Positions 53,070 through 64,000 of a DNA stretch of 64,000 nt are shown here, one piece after another. Position 1 is the stretch's first letter; each line of letters starts with the position of its first letter. The DNA lies in assembly GCA_951406725.2 (NCBI GenBank), contig OX597822.1, positions 11,036,001-11,100,000 of the forward strand. The letters run 5' to 3'. The translations under genes were made by a program, and so were the position numbers. Under the pieces are notes generated by a model, which was not told the DNA's origin, searched no databases, and saw only the letters and a program-made list of their open reading frames with translations. The DNA comes from Octopus vulgaris. Its lineage: Eukaryota.

Positions 53070-53193
53070 GTTATTGCTGGTGCAGCACATACAGTAACAG
53101 ACAGGAACGCATAAGGAAACACTGGGACAGAACGCAGTGGCACAAACAAGAACACACAAAAAAACAACACCATTCAGCACATGACCACTACTC

Positions 53194-53194
<1 letters not shown>

Positions 53195-53242
<48 letters not shown>

Positions 53243-53268
53243 ATGATGATAATGATGGTGGTGGTGAC

Positions 53269-53336
<68 letters not shown>

Positions 53337-53556
53337 CGGCGACGACGACGATGACGACGATGATGATGGGAGGTGCAGCAGTGGTGGCGAAGATGAGGAG
53401 GATTATGGTAACGATATTGTCAATGATGATGACGACGACTACGTCGATGGCAATGGCGACAATAACGACGACGATGACGATGATGATGATGATGATGATG
53501 CTGATGATGATGATGATGATGACGATGATGATAATGATGATGATGATGATGATGAC

Positions 53557-53609
<53 letters not shown>

Positions 53610-53640
53610 CGATGATGATGATGATGATGATGATGATGAC
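53195..53640. repeat. (GAT)n/(GAC)n trinucleotide repeat region
   Basis: Directly visible. Confidence 0.95.
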
Positions 53641-53879
53641 CAACAGCCTCAACAATAATACTGTTGTCATATGATACGAGTGTCATGTAATACTACTACT
53701 CCTAATACCATCAACACCTCCTTCACTATCAACACCTTCAGTCCTTCTACTATTACCTGTGCTGTAAGGTAAGCCCACAAATCCCGGATCAACTCGACCA
53801 TGAAAGGCGCCACCGGGGTTGCTCCTCACTCATCCTTTCGCTCCATCCTACAGGCGCAGGCTTAGAGTAGTCCAATCCC

Positions 53880-55910
<2,031 letters not shown>

Positions 55911-56372
55911 TCTACGTTGTCCCTTTAAATTGTTAAAAACACCAGCCATATCTCGCCGAAATCGCACTCCATCGGTTTTATAAATTAAGGCTATATTGGA
56001 TATATTAGATAATGTAATCCAAGGCATACTATGTCTGAAAAAACATTGGTTGGTTCATTTCTGAACTGGCATTGATTATATGTTGGTTTATTCAGTGAGA
56101 GTTGACATATGGCTAAACACCCTTGCATCCCTGTAGACTGGGTATTTACTTTCATCCGAGTTACTTCACTGAAAATTACATTGTGAAGTAATGTTTACCC
56201 AGCGTTCATCAACATTTATTTACAATTTCTGGGTAAAAACATGTTTGCGTTGTTGCTTGTTTACTTTCTGGTGACAGACCATAAAGTAGATATTGATATT
56301 GTGATTGAGAGGTATCAAACGTTTCAACTAATAATCTCGTTACACTTTGGAAATTGTATTTTTGTAAAAGCA

Positions 56373-56765
<393 letters not shown>

Positions 56766-56781
56766 ATATATATATAAAACA

Positions 56782-57100
56782 GTGAAGGCGCGTAGATAAG
56801 AGGATTGGATATTCGGCTGAAGATCGTAAACTCGTTAGTTCAATACCTAGCGGCGTGTTGTGTCCTTGAGTAAGACACTTTATTTCACGTTGCTCCAGTC
56901 TACACATCTGGCAAAAATAAATTTTACCTGTATGCATTTCAAAGAGCCAGCCTTGTCATACACTCTATCACGCTGAATCTCTCTCATAAGTACATTAGGG
57001 GTACCCGTGTCTGTGAAGTGCTCAGCCACTTGCATGAGAGCAGGCCGTTTCGTTAATCGGATCAACTGGAAGACTCCACGCGATAACTAGCAGAGTGCCA
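56782..57100 (+). mobile_element. SINE family D with type 2 tail
   Basis: GTGTCCTTGAGTAAGACACTTTATTTCACGTTGCTCCAGT block; tail shared with family A type 2. Confidence 0.78.
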
Positions 57101-57107
57101 GTTATAT

Positions 57108-57187
<80 letters not shown>

Positions 57188-57223
57188 TATATATATATAC
57201 ACACACATATATATATATATATA

Positions 57224-57254
<31 letters not shown>

Positions 57255-57274
57255 AAATATATATATATACACAC

Positions 57275-57331
<57 letters not shown>

Positions 57332-57392
57332 TATATACACACACACACACGCACGCACACACGCACACACAAACACACATCTACATATAAAA

Positions 57393-57441
<49 letters not shown>

Positions 57442-57647
57442 GAATTAGAGATAAAACCACTATTATGCAACTCAAACAGTGATAGACATAAACCAATACA
57501 TAAATAACAAATAATATAACAATAATTAATATAAAATATTATATATTTCATTTCCTATTTTTTATTTGTTTATTTTTTTTATTAAGTATAAAAAGAATGA
57601 TAAATATAATATAATAAGTAAAAACACTACGTACGTATAAAATAATA

Positions 57648-58276
57648 CGTGGTTACTATTTCAAATGTTCTCGTTTTGGCGCGCTAAATTACCGGAAAAA
57701 CTGATGGTGCAGAAAATACTTTACTGCAGTGGCAGTAAATTTGCTAAATCTTTCTGGAGAACATTTCTTAGTGGTAAGACCATAGCGGATCTATTTCTAG
57801 CATAAGGGTGTCCACATAGTGGTTTCCCTCAAATATGTATATAATACAATTATACTGAACCTTCAGTTTTGTTTTATATGCTAGACCACTGCTGTGAAAT
57901 CGATGTTAATTAAATTAGTATCCAATGTCTCACCCTCATTTTAAATTTAAATTTAAATTAATACGTTCTCTAACCGGTAAAGGCCACTGCAGTAAAGTAT
58001 TTATTCGCAGCATCAGTTTTTTCAGTAATTTAGCGCGCCAAAACGAGGGCATTTGAAATAGTAACCACGAGTGTAATGGGTAGAACTGTTTACAAATCTG
58101 ATTGGTAAGACCATAGCGGATCTATTTCTAGCATAAGGGTGTCCACATAGCGGTTTCCCTCTAATATGTATATAATACAATTTTACTGAACATTCAGTTT
58201 GTTATATGCTAGACCACTGGTGTGAAATCGATGTTAATTAAATCAATATCCAATTTCTCACCCTCATTTAAAATTT
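57648..58276. repeat. A - B - inverted A - B rearranged repeat (Penelope-like architecture)
   Basis: A 57648-57733 and its reverse complement 57983-58069; B 57772-57948 and 58103-58276 direct. Confidence 0.88.
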
Positions 58277-58602
58277 ATATATATATATATATATAATATA
58301 TATATATATATCTTTGTGTGTATGTTTGTGTGTGTATGCACTGGAATAATTATAAAATATTTATCTCAAGGTTACTAAAGAAAAATATTTATACGGATTG
58401 GAACTATCACAACAGGATATTGAAACTCCAACCAAGATCTTTAGCTCTAGTTAAATATATCGACGGCAAGGTAGTTAGAAAGATGAATAGACAAAAGCAT
58501 GCGAATTTACAAACTTGCATATACAAACACAGAAGCACACTAAACACATACACACGCACACACATGTACACACACACATATATACATACATACATACATA
58601 CA

Positions 58603-58638
<36 letters not shown>

Positions 58639-59509
58639 TATGTGTATGTATGTGTCTATGTATGTATGTATGTATGCATATACACGCACGCAGACACACA
58701 TCCATATACATATACACAACATGCAGATATTCACACGTGCCCTCACAAAGCACGCACACACTTACTTATGGAAAATAAAGACAAACGGGACTTGTACACT
58801 TTGTCTTAATCTGGATTTCTACATATCTGGTCACACATTAAGTTATTGTTGGTTGGGTGTGTACCATCATAAAGTGTTGAAATATAATTGCATGGGCGGG
58901 CAACACCGCTAATTATATATATATGCATCTTATAGTGTTGTATTAACTCTTCTACAAATGCACACTTGCAGAAGTGCTCAGCTTTGGATAAAATCTTCTT
59001 GTGTTTGTACATTAAGTGGGTCTCTTATGCTAACACGGTGTTCTTCCCCCAATATTTCTTAACGTTTCCCTGATAACGGTTGTTGTGGTTTTGTTTGTGT
59101 TGGTGTTAGCGTTGTTCATGGTCCTGAAGTGTTGCTGGTGTTGTTATTTGTTGTTGTTGTTGTTGAGGTGGTGGTGGTAGTGGTGGTGATCATTTCATAT
59201 TCCCCTTTTTCTGTTTTCTTCACATTTTCTTCTTCTCCTCTTCCATCTCTTCTTCCTCTCCTCTTCTTCTTCGAAGTTTAAACAACAAGAAGTCCCGTAA
59301 ATCTTATAAAAGTCCTGTAAATCTTCTCAACTAATCTGTTGTATAATATGTATGATTTTGTGGTTAAACAGATACGGATGAATTAACAAAAAAAAAAACC
59401 TTGTCTCACACCATCCGGCCGACATCACAAAATTCTAATCGTCTCTCCCTATACTTTGCTTTCTCTTGGCTGTTTCTTTATTTGCCTCTCTGCTAGTCTA
59501 TCAGTTTGT

Positions 59510-59579
<70 letters not shown>

Positions 59580-59714
59580 TTCACTCTCATTTCCTCCCCC
59601 TCTCTTTCTTCTTCTCTGTCTCTTCCTCTCTCTTGCTCCCTCTCCTTCTCTCTTTCAGGCCAGTATATGCACTTAGCAAAATTCTTGCGAAGTTTTCCCA
59701 TACCCCTGCCCTGC

Positions 59715-59767
<53 letters not shown>

Positions 59768-60669
59768 CATAGATATATGTATGTATGTATATACATATAT
59801 ATATATATACATACATGTGTATAAATCTCTCTATATATATATATAATTACATATACATATATTAATATATACATATATATGTATATATGTATATAATACG
59901 CATATATACGTGTATATATATACATATACATATATATCACATTCACATACATATAGTTATTTAGAGATATAAAAAACAAATGCATTTATATTAAGTTTGT
60001 ATGTATGTATGTGTGTATGTGTGTATGCATGTGTGTGTGTGTGTGTATTATGTGTTTGTTCACCTTTCTCTGCATTCTCTTATCCATTCCTCCTCCATTT
60101 TAAATGGAAAGCTATTTTTCAGGTCAAACAAGTTAATGGAGAGTGATTCACCCGGTGCAGACGACAGTGACGATTTGACAATGAAAATGGCGCGGGAGGT
60201 TTTTACATTTTGTTGATGTGTTCTTAAGGAAATCCGAACAAATAAAATCTCCATTCGGATTTTGGTGGTTCGGTTCGGTAAAGGGGATGTGGCGCCGTCC
60301 TCAAGTTTCGGGAGTGAGGCCGTTGTTAGTGGAGTGGCTTACGGTGTGGATGGTCTAGTTATTATTGATGATGGCGTTGTTTTTATTGCTATTGTTGTTG
60401 TTGTTGGTGGTGGTGGTAGTGGTAGTGGTGGTGGTGGTGGTGGTTGTAGTGGTGGTAGTGGTGATGGTTGTCGTTGCCGTTGTTATTGGAGGTGATTGTG
60501 ATGGTAACAATGTTATTGTAGGTGGTGTAGCTAAATTTGTTGTTGTTGTTATCTTTAATCGTTGTGCTGGTGGTGGTCGTGGGGGAGATGTTATTGTTGT
60601 TGTTGTTGTTCATCATCATCATCATCATCATTTTGTTCCTCAGCGCTCCGGATAGAAGCATTCTGCCCG

Positions 60670-61010
60670 TCTGCACGATCTGAGTTCAAATTCCACCGAG
60701 GTGGACTTTGCCTTTCATCCTTTCGGAGTCGGTGAAATAAGTACCAGTTACGTACTGTGGTCGATAAAATCGACTAGCCCTTTCCCCCAAAAAATTCCAG
60801 GCCTTGCGCCTTTAAGTAAGAAGGATTATTGTTAATTAGCGACATTTTGTCCGTCTTTATGCTCTGAGTTCAAATTCCGCCGAGATCGACTTTGCCTTTA
60901 TCCTTTCGGGATCGATAAAATGAGGAACAGTTGAACACTGGGGTCGATGTAATTGATTCATCTCCTCCCCACAAATTACTACCCTTGTAGCAAAATTTGA
61001 ATCCATTAAT
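60670..61010 (+). mobile_element. Two tandem SINE family C copies
   Basis: Two family C bodies with ATT-type tails. Confidence 0.8.
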
Positions 61011-61024
61011 GATATTTTAATTAT

Positions 61025-61794
61025 TGAGTGAGAGAGCAGTGCATGCCATCAAAGTGACACTGGGGTGAAATATACAAAGCCCGGTATACCCATCATGACT
61101 GCCCGCCTGATAAGGATACATCAGGCATATGCATCACAACCATATGAGGGTGACATGGTGATCTTATATCAAGACAAACGATGGATGTCCTTGCAGGTGG
61201 GGGCCTGTTAGAATTTTCTTTACGTCGAGTAGATCATCCCGCTCAAAAGTAAATTATTCAGACCCAAAAGAATTACTCTATCATTATTATTATTATTGGG
61301 TGAGAGAGCAGTTCATGCCATCAAAGTGACACTGGGGTAAAATATACGAAGCCCAATATACCCATCATGACAACCCGTCTGATAAGGGCACACCAGGCAC
61401 ATGCATCACAACCATATGTGCGCGACATAGTGATCTTATATCAAGATAAACAGCTCATGACCTTGCAGGTGGGGCCCAGTTAGAATTTTCTTCAGGTTAA
61501 GTAGCCCATCCCGCTCAAACAGTCCCTGAATAAGGGTTGTTTAAGGATGTTGAAAAACCCACCCATGTCTCCAGAGGTGAATTATTCAAACCCCAAAGAA
61601 TCCCTCTCAACACATGGCTATGATGCTCCCCCACTACTTCTGCTCGTGATCAGAGATGCACATATCGTCAGCCACTAAGGGACATGCTCAACTGGTTAAG
61701 GTCAAACAACTGACAAGCAAATCTGTGGTATTGAGCAGAATATTTGCTGTAGCCCATCTTTTATACCAAGACAGAACAATGTATATGATAACAC
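61025..61794 (-). mobile_element. Two tandem copies of the (AAT)n-embedded non-coding element
   Basis: 61025-61270 and 61298-61794 are reverse complements of the 34275 family, separated and flanked by (ATT)n. Confidence 0.85.
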
Positions 61795-61795
<1 letters not shown>

Positions 61796-61858
<63 letters not shown>

Positions 61859-61884
61859 CATTATTATTACTATTATTATCATCA

Positions 61885-61945
<61 letters not shown>

Positions 61946-61947
61946 CA

Positions 61948-62021
<74 letters not shown>

Positions 62022-62050
62022 GTTATTATTATCATTATTATAATTATTAT
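61796..62050. repeat. (ATT)n microsatellite
   Basis: Directly visible. Confidence 0.95.
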
Positions 62051-62057
62051 CGTTATG

Positions 62058-62271
62058 AAGGTGATAAGTTGGCAGAATCGTTAGAACGCTAGGTGAAGTG
62101 CTTAGAGGTATTTCGTCTGTCGCTATATCCTGAGTTCAAATTCCGTCGAGGTCGACCTGGCCTTTTCATCCTTTTGGGGTCGATAAATCAAGTATCATTT
62201 GTATACTGGGGTCGATGTAATCGACTATCCCCCTCCCCTAAATTTCAGGCCTTGTGCCAATAGTAGAATGG

Positions 62272-62275
<4 letters not shown>
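62058..62275 (+). mobile_element. SINE family C, ATT-type tail, in (ATT)n
   Basis: Full head to tail, followed by (ATT)n. Confidence 0.88.
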
Positions 62276-62349
<74 letters not shown>

Positions 62350-62808
62350 GCCATTGTTCTTGTTCTTGTTATTGCTGTTATTGGTATTATTATTATTCGT
62401 TTTCACTGTTATCATAATTGTTATCGTTGTTATTAATGTCGCTATTAACGTTGGTTTTCATAGTGGTGCTGCTATAGGTGGCGCTGTTGCAGAAAATTTT
62501 ATTATTCCTATTATGATGGCGTCGTAGTCGGTGTTGGCGGTAGTGGTGTTAATGGGATTGTGGGATATGTTAATAATGGATTTAGAACACATTCTCTCCT
62601 CCTCCTGCCCTCCTGCCCTCCTCCTCCTCCTGTTCCCGCCAAATCCTTGCTCCACATCCCCACCCGAACACACTTCCACAACATTATGATTATTTGTGAA
62701 AATTTGTAATATTTTTACTTTTTTGGATAGGGAAACAAAGAAGTGGCACACACATATCTGTTTGTATTAAGAGTGTTAGTTATATATCTCCCTCCATCAC
62801 TCCCTGTT

Positions 62809-62844
<36 letters not shown>

Positions 62845-63081
62845 ACTTTCTTTCTTTCTTTCTCTCCCTCTCTCTCGCTCTTTCTCTGTTTGTGTGTGTG
62901 TGCTTTGAGAAAAAGAGATAGATAGATAGATAGATTGTTGTGTGTAGATTTTACAAGCATTAAGATTTGTGAGTGTATATTATACGTTTGCATGATGTAT
63001 ATATTTACCTACGATTATATGTATATTTCTAGGTTATACTTAGGTAGACAGACAGACAGACAGGCAAAAAGATAGACAGAC

Positions 63082-63152
<71 letters not shown>

Positions 63153-63154
<2 letters not shown>

Positions 63155-64000
63155 TGTTTCTTTATTAGCCACACAGGGCTGCACACAGACGGGACAGATT
63201 ACAAAGTAGAGCTTTTCTTTTTGGGGGAGAGAAAAAAAAAATAAAGGTGGGGTAGGTTTTCGATCAAAAGGGATCGTAAAAGGGAAAGAAGAAAAAAAAA
63301 GAAAAGAAGCAAAAGAAGAAGAAAAAATGATCAATAAGGCTCGTGTATCACAGTGTCATGATGTAAGGTGTAAAGGGGGAAGCAGATAAGGTTTATCCGT
63401 GGGGAGAAAAGCCTACGGAAAAGACTACGGTAACCTCGGTCAATATTGTTACATGTTACCACATTTGTTTGCAAGTAGGTAACCCTCTCTTTTAAATTTC
63501 CGAGTTCATAGGATTATGCTCAAGGTGCCTTCGTCATTCATACGTGCCAGCCTTGCTACATTCACCCATCTTTTTTTAAAACATTCGCTAGACAAAACTT
63601 GCCTCTCTACTCTCACTTTCCTCTTCAAGTGATACTTGACCAGAGATGAAAGTGTTTGTCTCCAATCCTTTCAGACGCGTCCACCAGATACATTCTTTCG
63701 CCATAGCCACAAGGATGATGAAAATAGCTTTTCCTTCCCGTTTGAAGGAAGGAGGCGTGGCAATATTGACGATAGCCTCGGCTGATAAACCGACTCGTCC
63801 CACACGTGACAGCAATTGTTCGACATAAGCCCACAGGTCGGAAATTGTTGGACACTGCACGAGTGCGTGCAGAACGGTTTCGTCGCTCTGACCGCACCTC
63901 GGGCAGGTCGGCCCCGTGTTTCTCGAGCCGTGTCTGTAGAGCTTATCCCGAACGGGTAGCGCTTCTCGGTAGCACTGCCAGGCCAGGGATCTCTGGAAGT
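63153..64000 (-). mobile_element. Tx1/L1-like LINE 3' end (zf-RVT/CCHC region, 3' UTR), runs off window; abuts (GATA)n
   Basis: FQRSLAWQCYREALPVRDKL..CPRCGQSDETVLHALVQC (CX2CX8HX4C); frameshift near 63635; stop at 63506-63508; 3' end followed by (TATC)n. Confidence 0.88.

Overview
Eukaryotic, AT-rich, extremely microsatellite-rich and transposon-dense DNA, most likely an intron or intergenic region of a cephalopod (Octopus-like) genome. That assignment is inferred from the repeat repertoire, not from a marker gene. No host protein-coding exon, rRNA, true tRNA or CRISPR array could be supported, and almost all long ORFs in the track are microsatellite translation artefacts. Recognisable coding remnants are all from mobile elements: one CR1-like LINE RT with a single stop, two Dong/R4-like restriction-like-endonuclease 3' ends, three Tx1/L1-like LINE pieces, one mariner and three DD37D-type Tc1/mariner relics. 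Around them lie about 45 copies of four tRNA-derived SINE families (called A-D here), non-autonomous Helitrons, MITEs, an (AAT)n-embedded non-coding element and Penelope-like inverted structures with minimal hammerhead-like motifs. Most interesting signals: (1) SINE family C shares its 3' tail with a Tx1-like LINE in this window and appears to insert into a GGTATT site inside its own body, building tandem arrays; (2) one SINE head carries at least four interchangeable tails; (3) a palindromic element contains a hammerhead-like fold with a swapped G3-C8 core pair. Coordinates were read by eye and boundaries of degenerate elements are approximate.
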